Shown one piece after another: positions 56,912 through 64,000 of a stretch of DNA of 64,000 nt. The DNA is from a bacterium (GTDB lineage Bacteria; Patescibacteriota; Minisyncoccia; Phycocordibacterales; DATDWN01): positions 27,719 to 91,718 of the forward strand of contig JBAXLH010000002.1 in assembly GCA_037134875.1 (NCBI GenBank), read 5' to 3'. Position 1 is the first letter of the stretch; every line of letters starts with the position of its first letter. The translations under genes and the position numbers were made by a program. A model generated the notes under the pieces. It did no database searches. It saw only the letters and a program-made list of their open reading frames with translations, and was not told the DNA's origin.

Positions 56912-58564
56912 ATGAATAATATATCTCCGCAAAAATTCTTTTTGTATGCACGCAAGTCAACCGATGTCGAGGACAAGCAAGTTTTGAGTATTGATGCACA
57001 AATTGCAGAATTGCGCGCTTTCGCCAAAAATGAAAAGTTAGAAATCATGGAGGAATTTGTAGAAAAACGCACTGCGAAAATTCCAGGTCGTCCCATTTTT
57101 GGCGAAATGATGAGACGAATTGAGAAAGGTGAAGTAAATGGTATTTTAGCGTGGCATCCAGATCGTCTCGCGCGCAATTCTGTTGACGGCGGACAAATTA
57201 TTTACTTTGTTGATATCGGAAAACTTACCATGTTGAAATTTCCCTCGCACTGGTTTGAAAATACTCCGCAAGGAAAGTTTTCACTTTCCATGGCGTTCGT
57301 TCAGTCAAAATATTATGTTGATTCTCTTTCCGAAAATACCAAACGTGGACTTCGCCAAAAAGTACGCATGGGTATTTTCCCAAGCCAAGCTCCTCTCGGT
57401 TATATAAACGACAGTAGAACAAAAACGATTGTGGTAGAAAAGAAAAAATCTCGCATTATTCGCTTGGCTTTTGAAAAATATGTTAAAGGTGGTGAGCGAC
57501 TGGAGGATATCGCCACCTTTTTGGCCAAGTCCGGCATATTAACATGGAATGGAAAGAGAATCTCAAAAACTCGCACTTCTTTTATTTTATCAAACCCGTT
57601 CTATGTTGGTTTTTTCAACTACTCGGGAGAATTACACGAAGGCAAACACGAGCCAATCATTTCAAAAAAACTTTTTGATGAAGCACAGGAAATGTTGAGG
57701 TCTCGCGGTCAGCCAGAGCGTAAACCGAAAAACGAACCTCAACCTTTTTGCGGACTCATTTCCTGTGCTTCATGCGGAATGATGATAACTGGCGAACACA
57801 AATTCAAACGGCAGAAAAATGGAAATGTTCACGAGTATACATATTATCGTTGTACCAAAAAACGAAAAGATTTTCATTGTCCCGAATCTGCCGTTAGAGA
57901 AAAAGAATTGGATCGCCAGTTATCATCTCTAATACAAAAAGTTTCTTTGCCCAAAGACTGGGCGGAAGAATTATTGAAAATGGCAGAAAAAGATTTTCAA
58001 AATTCCGCCCCGTCTTTGGTTGCTTGTGTGAAAGAGAAAGAGATCAAAATTTCTGCTATATCACAAAAGTTGGAGCGACTTCTCAATGGCTATTTAGACC
58101 AAGATATTGAAAAGGAAATTTATCGTTCTGAAAAAGCAAAATTATTACTTTCCAAGAAGTCGCTCGAGGAAGAAATGACATCTCTTTCACACAAGCAAAA
58201 TGATTGGCTCGAACCGATGCAGAAGTGGTTAATATCCGCGCAGAATGTGGACAAAATCGCTTCTGATTCAGACCTTTTTGCTAAAAAGGTCTGTGCCAAA
58301 GAAATCTTTGGCTCGAACCTCCTCCTCGACGAAAAAACAGTGCGCGCAAGCGCGCTGGATTCGGGAAATTCCCTTGCAATCCCGCCAAAAAATCCTTGGC
58401 ACGCGCTTTGCGCGTTCCGCTTGGGTTCGGGTTCAGAACCCTTTAGTTCGTTTAAGGTGCCGGAGGGGAGACTTGAACTCCCATCCCTTTCGAGACACGA
58501 TTTTGAGTCGTGCGTGTATACCAATTCCACCACTCCGGCAATACATACAGAATACCCGAAATAG
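56912..58564 (+). CDS. large serine recombinase
   Basis: YARKST, WHPDRLARN, SLSENTKRG, LSNPFYVG, zinc ribbon CASCG..YYRC, coiled coil. Confidence 0.95.
   Translation: MNNISPQKFFLYARKSTDVEDKQVLSIDAQIAELRAFAKNEKLEIMEEFVEKRTAKIPGRPIFGEMMRRIEKGEVNGILAWHPDRLARNSVDGGQIIYFVDIGKLTMLKFPSHWFENTPQGKFSLSMAFVQSKYYVDSLSENTKRGLRQKVRMGIFPSQAPLGYINDSRTKTIVVEKKKSRIIRLAFEKYVKGGERLEDIATFLAKSGILTWNGKRISKTRTSFILSNPFYVGFFNYSGELHEGKHEPIISKKLFDEAQEMLRSRGQPERKPKNEPQPFCGLISCASCGMMITGEHKFKRQKNGNVHEYTYYRCTKKRKDFHCPESAVREKELDRQLSSLIQKVSLPKDWAEELLKMAEKDFQNSAPSLVACVKEKEIKISAISQKLERLLNGYLDQDIEKEIYRSEKAKLLLSKKSLEEEMTSLSHKQNDWLEPMQKWLISAQNVDKIASDSDLFAKKVCAKEIFGSNLLLDEKTVRASALDSGNSLAIPPKNPWHALCAFRLGSGSEPFSSFKVPEGRLELPSLSRHDFESCVYTNSTTPAIHTEYPK
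58458..58539 (-). tRNA. tRNA-Leu(CAA)
   Basis: GCCGGAGTGGTGGAATTGGTATAC..CTCAAAA..long variable arm..GTTCAAGTC..TCCGGCA. Confidence 0.95.
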
Positions 58565-58603
58565 CCAAAAAATCAAATTGTGGTACTGTATATTCGTACT
58601 AAT

Positions 58604-59497
58604 ATGAAGCCAAGAGTTATAGTCATTTTGGGGCCAACAGCCACAGGCAAGTCCAATCTAGCCGTACAGATAGCCAAAAAATATAATGGTGAGATTATTT
58701 CTGCTGATTCAAGACAGGTATACACAGGACTCAATATCGGCACAGGCAAAATCACAAAAAAGGAAATGCAAGGTGTCCCCCACCATATGCTCGACGTGGC
58801 AAATCCAAAAAAAAGATATGATATTTCAACATGGCAAAAAGAAACAAAGAAAATAATTTCTAATATTTATTCTCGAAATAAATTACCGATCATTTGTGGT
58901 GGTACTGGTTTTTACATTCAATCAATCGTTGAAAATTTTATTCTGCCAAAAGTTCCACCAAATAAAAAACTGCGAGAAAAACTGGAGAAAAAATCAGCGA
59001 CAGAACTTTTTGAAATTTTAAAAAAACTTGATTTACAGAGAGCAAAAACAATTGAAAAAGAAAATCCTGTGCGTCTCGTGCGAGCGATTGAAATCGCAAC
59101 CGCTCTTGGTGGAGTCCCCTCTCTCGATCGAGTAAAGAGTCAATCATACGAGTGTCTGCAAATCGGACTTACTCTTCCCGACGAGAAACTCAAAGAAAGA
59201 ATAAAAATTCGTCTCGAGAAAAGACTCGAAACTGGAATGCTCGCTGAGGCAAAAAAACTTCACCAGCAAGGTCTCTCATGGAAGCGAATGTTTGAGCTCG
59301 GACTCGAATACAGATACGAAGCACTCCTCCTGCAAAACAAAATCTCGAAAACAGATTTCGTCGAGAAACTGAACACAGAAATCTGGCACTATGCCAAACG
59401 CCAAATCACATGGTTTAAACGCGACAAACAGATTCATTGGTTCTCCCCGACACAAGTTAGAGAAATTGAAAAAGTAGTCAAAAACTTTTTAGATTGA
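58604..59497 (+). CDS. miaA: tRNA dimethylallyltransferase
   Basis: GPTATGKS, SADSRQVY, GGTGFY, YAKRQITWF. Confidence 0.97.
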   Translation: MKPRVIVILGPTATGKSNLAVQIAKKYNGEIISADSRQVYTGLNIGTGKITKKEMQGVPHHMLDVANPKKRYDISTWQKETKKIISNIYSRNKLPIICGGTGFYIQSIVENFILPKVPPNKKLREKLEKKSATELFEILKKLDLQRAKTIEKENPVRLVRAIEIATALGGVPSLDRVKSQSYECLQIGLTLPDEKLKERIKIRLEKRLETGMLAEAKKLHQQGLSWKRMFELGLEYRYEALLLQNKISKTDFVEKLNTEIWHYAKRQITWFKRDKQIHWFSPTQVREIEKVVKNFLD

Positions 59498-60964
59498 TTC
59501 TGCGAATTTTTGCGAAATGAGACCAAAATCACTGTTGCTCATAAAAACAATTACGTCACCTTTTTTCTTTATAGATTCGAGTTTGTTTAGCGCATCCTCA
59601 GGGCTTGATAGCGAAAAAGATATTTTGCCCAGTTTTTCAACGCTTTCTTTTATCACTGAAACATCAATAAAATTATTTTTGTTGTCATTATCTTTAAATG
59701 GCGGGCACGAAACAATAGATACATCCGCAAATGAAAGAGCTCTGGCGTATTCGGGCTCAAACATTTTTTGTCTACTGGTTATGGATCTTGGCTCAAAGAC
59801 ACAAACAATCCTGCGCTTTGGATAGTGTTGTCGGAGTCCCTGCAGAGTCACATTTACTGCCGTCGGGTGATGAGCAAAATCTCTGATAACAGTATAGTCT
59901 TGATTTTCTGCAATAATCTCCTGCCTTTCTTTAACGCCAGAATAATTTTTAACCCCAGAAATTATTTCAGAAATTTTTAATCCTTCTAGAAGAGACAGAA
60001 CTATCACAGACAGTGTATTTTCGATATTGTAGTCTCCAAATAATGGTACAAAAATATTTGAATACATCTTTCCTTTAAAACTAAAAGAGAACAGGGTGCC
60101 GTCTGACGTAACTTTATTTACCGCGTACCAAGCATCATTATTTTTTCCTTTTCCATAGATAACTATTTTTCCTTCGCATTGTTTCAAATCAACAAATTTT
60201 TTAGCCGACTCATTCAAAATCAAAAAACCTTTTTTTGGAATTTCTTCCACTAAAAATTGAAATGCTTGTACATAATCTGTAAATGTTGGATACAGATCAA
60301 TATGATCATGTTCGATGGACGTAATAATTGCTGACGTGACATTGTACCGCAAAAATTTTGGTGCCTTATCAAAAAACGCACAATCATATTCATCTCCCTC
60401 AAAAATTACAAATTTTGTTTTCTTTGATCCAAGGGAATAACTTTCTCCAGAACCTTGAAAAGAACCGCCGATCATATACGAAGGTTTCCTACCAGCTTCT
60501 TTGAATATATACGTCAAGAGTGAACTGGTAGTTGTTTTACCATGAGTTCCTGCAACAACAAGAGATCTTTTATTTTTGGTTAAAATTTCTCCCAAAATTT
60601 CTGCACCCGACATCATGGGTATGGACCTTCTTTTTGCTTCGACAATTTCCAGTGAATTTGGAGGGAGCATATTTCCGGGAACAAATACATCAATACCCTT
60701 CAAATTTTTTATTGACATTTTTTTGCACACAATTCCATTCTCTTCTAGCACGGTGCTCATCGGAGGATAACAATGTTCATCACTTGCCGAAATTTTGTAA
60801 CCCATTTGTGATAAAAGACAAGTAACAGAAGCCATGGCTTTACCACACGCAGCTGAAATATGTATACTAGATTTTTTGTTTAATTTTCCTACAATTCTGC
60901 CTCTTTCTGAAGCGTTTGGCAGTAAGTTACGTTTTGCTTCATAGTAATAATCATATGATTTCAT
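59489..60964 (-). CDS. mpl: Mur-ligase family protein, murein peptide ligase Mpl-like
   Basis: CGKAMA, YPPMS, AGTHGKTTT, EGDEYD.AFFDK, DFAHHPT, FEPRS. Confidence 0.8.
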   Translation of the reverse strand: MKSYDYYYEAKRNLLPNASERGRIVGKLNKKSSIHISAACGKAMASVTCLLSQMGYKISASDEHCYPPMSTVLEENGIVCKKMSIKNLKGIDVFVPGNMLPPNSLEIVEAKRRSIPMMSGAEILGEILTKNKRSLVVAGTHGKTTTSSLLTYIFKEAGRKPSYMIGGSFQGSGESYSLGSKKTKFVIFEGDEYDCAFFDKAPKFLRYNVTSAIITSIEHDHIDLYPTFTDYVQAFQFLVEEIPKKGFLILNESAKKFVDLKQCEGKIVIYGKGKNNDAWYAVNKVTSDGTLFSFSFKGKMYSNIFVPLFGDYNIENTLSVIVLSLLEGLKISEIISGVKNYSGVKERQEIIAENQDYTVIRDFAHHPTAVNVTLQGLRQHYPKRRIVCVFEPRSITSRQKMFEPEYARALSFADVSIVSCPPFKDNDNKNNFIDVSVIKESVEKLGKISFSLSSPEDALNKLESIKKKGDVIVFMSNSDFGLISQKFAESI

Positions 60965-61004
60965 AAATTGAGCATAACAAAAGGGTGGAATAAATTCCAC
61001 CCCA

Positions 61005-62021
61005 TTAACATTGCACGGCTTCACTCAACGTCTGACGAATAACACTCCACGAAAATTGAGTGAAATCCTGACGCGAGACTGACGTGTCTTTACAAAAAAC
61101 TCTATTAGTCAAAAAACAAATGGTGATCCTCGGTTTACGAGAAAAAAATATCCGGCAACCAGTCCAGCCGGCAAAAACTAGTGGTTTTTCTACTGAAAAC
61201 CCTTCCAGACTTTTCGGATACGGTATATCAAAACCTAAGGCATATGACCTATCCGAAATACCCATTTTGACGAGCTGGTTGTTTGACACGTCTTCATAAA
61301 ACTTGGAGCCAATCATAGTCTCTAATGTTCTGTGAAAAATATCGCAAAGCATACTGGCATCTGTAAAGAGACCGGCAACTGCAATATTTTCTGACTTATG
61401 AGCTAAAGAAAGTGGATCATGTACAATTCCACGAAGCGACAAATCCATACATGTCGGAATTGTTGCCTGTGCAGATACAAGACCTCTATCAACTGGATGG
61501 AACATAAATCTGTCCCTTTGATACATCGGGTTTTGAATAAATTCATTCAGAAATATTTCTTCAATTCCCATTCCATAGATTTTTTCCAAAACGAAAGCCA
61601 GATAAGCACTCGAAACATTGTCGTACTGAAATCTTTTCCCCCAGTGAGAAAAACCTGAGTTGAGAAGTGTGTCGCGAAATGATCCGGATGTACCATCACG
61701 CAGGGCTTCATAACTAAAGTTATAGTCTTTAACAACGTAGCACAGAAAATGCCACAGCCGTCTCCCGTTTCCTTCGGGAACAGGAATAAAATCCCTAAAT
61801 CTCATTTCCGGATTCAAACTTCCAGAATTGAAAAGTTTCCAAAACAGCAAATGATTTAACGCTTTGGTCAAACTTGCAATATCAAACAAGTGAGAACCGT
61901 CGCGGGAAATAAAATCACCATCTGAAAAACAAGTATTCACATCGCCACTGACACTGAAATCGAAATCAGTGAACATACCTTTTTGCCTACCATTTTCAAA
62001 CAACTGTCTGATTCGTTGCAC
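61005..62021 (-). CDS. serine hydrolase, beta-lactamase class C-like fold
   Basis: FDIASLTK (SxxK), YDN, GIVHDP, AGLF, AGWTG, LTNRV. Confidence 0.85.
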   Translation of the reverse strand: MQRIRQLFENGRQKGMFTDFDFSVSGDVNTCFSDGDFISRDGSHLFDIASLTKALNHLLFWKLFNSGSLNPEMRFRDFIPVPEGNGRRLWHFLCYVVKDYNFSYEALRDGTSGSFRDTLLNSGFSHWGKRFQYDNVSSAYLAFVLEKIYGMGIEEIFLNEFIQNPMYQRDRFMFHPVDRGLVSAQATIPTCMDLSLRGIVHDPLSLAHKSENIAVAGLFTDASMLCDIFHRTLETMIGSKFYEDVSNNQLVKMGISDRSYALGFDIPYPKSLEGFSVEKPLVFAGWTGCRIFFSRKPRITICFLTNRVFCKDTSVSRQDFTQFSWSVIRQTLSEAVQC

Positions 62022-62116
62022 ACATCACCTCTTGTCCCAGTATATAGACCGTGAGTGATTTGGCAAAATTGACTCAAATAATATTTAGATGTATAAATAA
62101 ACAAGGAGAGTAGAAG

Positions 62117-62254
62117 ATGAAAGAAGCCACCGATCATCCCATCGGCGCATGGGATGATTTTACAATAAAAACGATGGGTGTAATCTTTCTGATTCTTTTT
62201 GTAGGTTTTCCTATTTTTATTTTCGTTGCGAAGCTGAATAAGTGGATCGATTAG
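62117..62254 (+). CDS. 45-aa single-TM small protein (below the ORF-track cutoff)
   Basis: AAGGAG RBS; MKEATDHPIGAWDDFTIKTMGVIFLILFVGFPIFIFVAKLNKWID*; terminator at 62282-62307. Confidence 0.6.
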   Translation: MKEATDHPIGAWDDFTIKTMGVIFLILFVGFPIFIFVAKLNKWID

Positions 62255-62317
62255 TTTCGGTCAACTCAGCTATGTTTTAATACCCCGTATAGACGGGGTT
62301 GTTTTTTATATTTTTTG

Positions 62318-62389
62318 CGGGCCCACCCCGACTCGAACGGGGAACAACGGTTTTGGAGACCGACGTTTTACCATTGAAACTATAGGCCC
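62318..62389 (-). tRNA. tRNA-Trp(CCA)
   Basis: GGGCCTATAGTTTCAATGGTAAAAC..CTCCAAA..GTTCGAGTC..TGGGCCCG. Confidence 0.93.
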
Positions 62390-62448
62390 AACACAGACAA
62401 ATATAACAAAAAATCGCCATTTTGGCGAATTTTTTTGTTTTTTTGTTT

Positions 62449-62625
62449 TTACTTCTTTACTCGTTTGAGTGGAAGTTTGACTTCACCAAAGACAACTCGC
62501 TGGCGGAGCTTTTTGTCATACTTTTTGAGGCCGAGTTTTCGCTCGACTTTTTTCTTGTTTTTTGAAGTGATATATACCTCTCCAGTTTTCTTGTTTTGTA
62601 TCGCGATAAGTCTATCTTGTGACAT
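62449..62625 (-). CDS. rpmG: 50S ribosomal protein L33 (Cys-free; below the ORF-track cutoff)
   Basis: Manual translation MSQDRLIAIQNKKTGEVYITSKNKKKVERKLGLKKYDKKLRQRVVFGEVKLPLKRVKK*. Confidence 0.9.
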   Translation of the reverse strand: MSQDRLIAIQNKKTGEVYITSKNKKKVERKLGLKKYDKKLRQRVVFGEVKLPLKRVKK

Positions 62626-62733
62626 ATAATTGTATTTAAATTAGTACTGGCATCATACATAAAAATCGGAAAAAAAGCAAATGAAAAGCGCAGGGTGGAC
62701 ACCCCGCGCTCGTTGAGGGACGAAGCCCTCGGA

Positions 62734-62916
62734 CTAGGCCGTCGCGACGGCCTTCTTCTTTTTCCGGTCGGAGGAAGCCGACGGCTTCCCCGTTCCGGAA
62801 ACCGGCGCCCCGCGCCGGATGGCCTCGAGAGCGACCATCGGGCGCTGCTTGCGCCCGTGGTCGCCGTGGCGCGGGACATTCTGTCCCGGCCGGAACTCCG
62901 TATTCTGATTGTACAT
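62734..62916 (-). CDS. 60-aa basic small protein in a GC-rich, highly structured transcript
   Basis: TTGACA-17-TAATAT promoter (62938-62966), AAGGAG RBS, terminator 62684-62709. Confidence 0.55.
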   Translation of the reverse strand: MYNQNTEFRPGQNVPRHGDHGRKQRPMVALEAIRRGAPVSGTGKPSASSDRKKKKAVATA

Positions 62917-62972
62917 ATAAAAACTCCTTCAACTATAATATTAGCATACTATATAAAATCTGTCAAGTACTT

Positions 62973-63350
62973 TTATGGTACCTCCTGCCATGAGGAAATA
63001 GTGATTGGATTAAAAGATTGGGTGGTTATTTGGAGCTTGCGGGTTAGTCCTTGGATCGTAGTTGTCACAGAAACAGCTCTGGTGTTCCCTCCTGTGTTGG
63101 TTACGGTGTAATTGCACGTATTTGTACCCAATATCTGACTGCCCGAACCTGTGTAAGACGTGTTCTCTCTCATTAGCTCTAGTGCCACCTCGGCACAAGC
63201 GTCAGAGAGCACACGAGCTTGACTTGAGTTTTTGCTGTCCAGACTACCCCGCACTGACCAGAGACTACTTGTGGCAATAGAAAGGGCAAGACCGAGCGCA
63301 ATACTGCCTAGAATAATAACTATGTAGAGTGTAGAAAATCCTTTTTGCAT
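62973..63350 (-). CDS. pilin-like protein (PilX-type minor pilin)
   Basis: QKGFSTL class III signal plus hydrophobic helix, C-terminal SWQE. Confidence 0.75.
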   Translation of the reverse strand: MQKGFSTLYIVIILGSIALGLALSIATSSLWSVRGSLDSKNSSQARVLSDACAEVALELMRENTSYTGSGSQILGTNTCNYTVTNTGGNTRAVSVTTTIQGLTRKLQITTQSFNPITISSWQEVP

Positions 63351-63354
63351 ATAT

Positions 63355-63870
63355 TTATCGTATTGTCGCTGTTCCATAAAAATTGACTGAGTATTGCTCT
63401 TCTGCTCGGGTGGTAGATGCTGTGTTGCTGAGTGTAAATCTGACAAGCACAGTGCCGTGAGTTGCCGGGCGTGAAGTATTTGAGAACACAAGATTTGAAA
63501 CTTTGACTTTGTTGTTGGTCAAGGCGACTGCGCTGGATGTTCCTTCTACCATATACAAAACTTCCCCACTTGCAGAAAAGGTTGTCGGATTTGTAGATGA
63601 TGAGGCTGTTGCAATACTCAAAACCCCTGCACTATTTCCAACGACTGGGGAGTTTATAGCAGTCCCGTTTCTGACACTTTGAGTAATCGTGCGCACGAGA
63701 CTTGCGCCTTGGTCACTTACCTCAAGCATTACCTGAGTACGCATTCGATATGAGTTGAGACTCAGTGCAAACTCGGCGAGACCGACGATAACCATACCGA
63801 AAATCGCAACGTAAATAATTGTTTCAATGAGAGTAAATCCAGAATTTTTTTGTATGCTGTTTTTTTTCAT
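63355..63870 (-). CDS. prepilin-type N-terminal cleavage/methylation protein
   Basis: SGFTLIETIIY. Confidence 0.9.
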   Translation of the reverse strand: MKKNSIQKNSGFTLIETIIYVAIFGMVIVGLAEFALSLNSYRMRTQVMLEVSDQGASLVRTITQSVRNGTAINSPVVGNSAGVLSIATASSSTNPTTFSASGEVLYMVEGTSSAVALTNNKVKVSNLVFSNTSRPATHGTVLVRFTLSNTASTTRAEEQYSVNFYGTATIR

Positions 63871-63871
63871 T

Positions 63872-64000
63872 TTAATTCCATGTGAAATCATACCAATACT
63901 CTGCCGTTGCCGAGCCGTTTGTGCCATGAGTGGTGAGTGCCTTGCCAACCGGTGTACTATACATCACGTTGTTTGTGCCATCCCAGACAATACTGTAAAC
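63872..64000 (-). CDS. 3' end of the upstream gene in the pilin-like cluster
   Basis: Open frame VYSIVWDG..YWYDFTWN* ending just before the next ATG. Confidence 0.55.
   Translation of the reverse strand, partial: VYSIVWDGTNNVMYSTPVGKALTTHGTNGSATAEYWYDFTWN

Larger units (their letters stand above)
53323..58460. mobile_element. serine-recombinase genomic island integrated at the 3' end of tRNA-Leu(CAA)
   Basis: Recombinase ORF runs into the tRNA; both ends carry a GTGC core and match the two halves of an internal junction. Confidence 0.85.

Noticed and set aside
62457-62879. 140-aa and 98-aa alternative ORFs over the GC-rich patch
   Set aside because: They overlap rpmG or lack an RBS; open frames are expected in GC-rich sequence
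1-64000. CRISPR array, rRNA, prophage or alternative genetic code
   Set aside because: No regularly spaced direct repeats, rRNA motifs or phage structural genes; conserved genes end at TGA normally and are not interrupted by it

Overview
Gene-dense bacterial chromosome segment with the hallmarks of a Patescibacteria/CPR (Parcubacteria-like) genome: standard code, short intergenic spaces, NusB-NUDIX fusion, short SMC, pilin-like genes (taxonomy is inference). Most of it is housekeeping (dnaX, dus, serS, dprA, rarA, trmD, khpA, rpsP, rnr, smc, rnc, nusB, rpmF, topA, rel, parB, murB, murA, miaA, mpl, rpmG, three tRNAs), plus a Liv-type ABC cluster with five binding-protein paralogues and a low-GC restriction-modification locus. 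Best leads: (1) a ~540-nt GC-rich, highly paired, apparently non-coding transcription unit between dus and dnaX with its own promoter and terminator; (2) a 5.1-kb serine-recombinase island at tRNA-Leu(CAA) that carries a complete second attP-like junction internally and inverted, plus a toxin/immunity-like cargo; (3) an orphan PemK/MazF toxin faced by a convergent promoter and a small tetraloop-capped RNA; (4) a family of 120-170-bp palindromic insertions with shared core motifs, one of them in frame inside RNase R. All calls come from reading the sequence by eye; no database searches were run.
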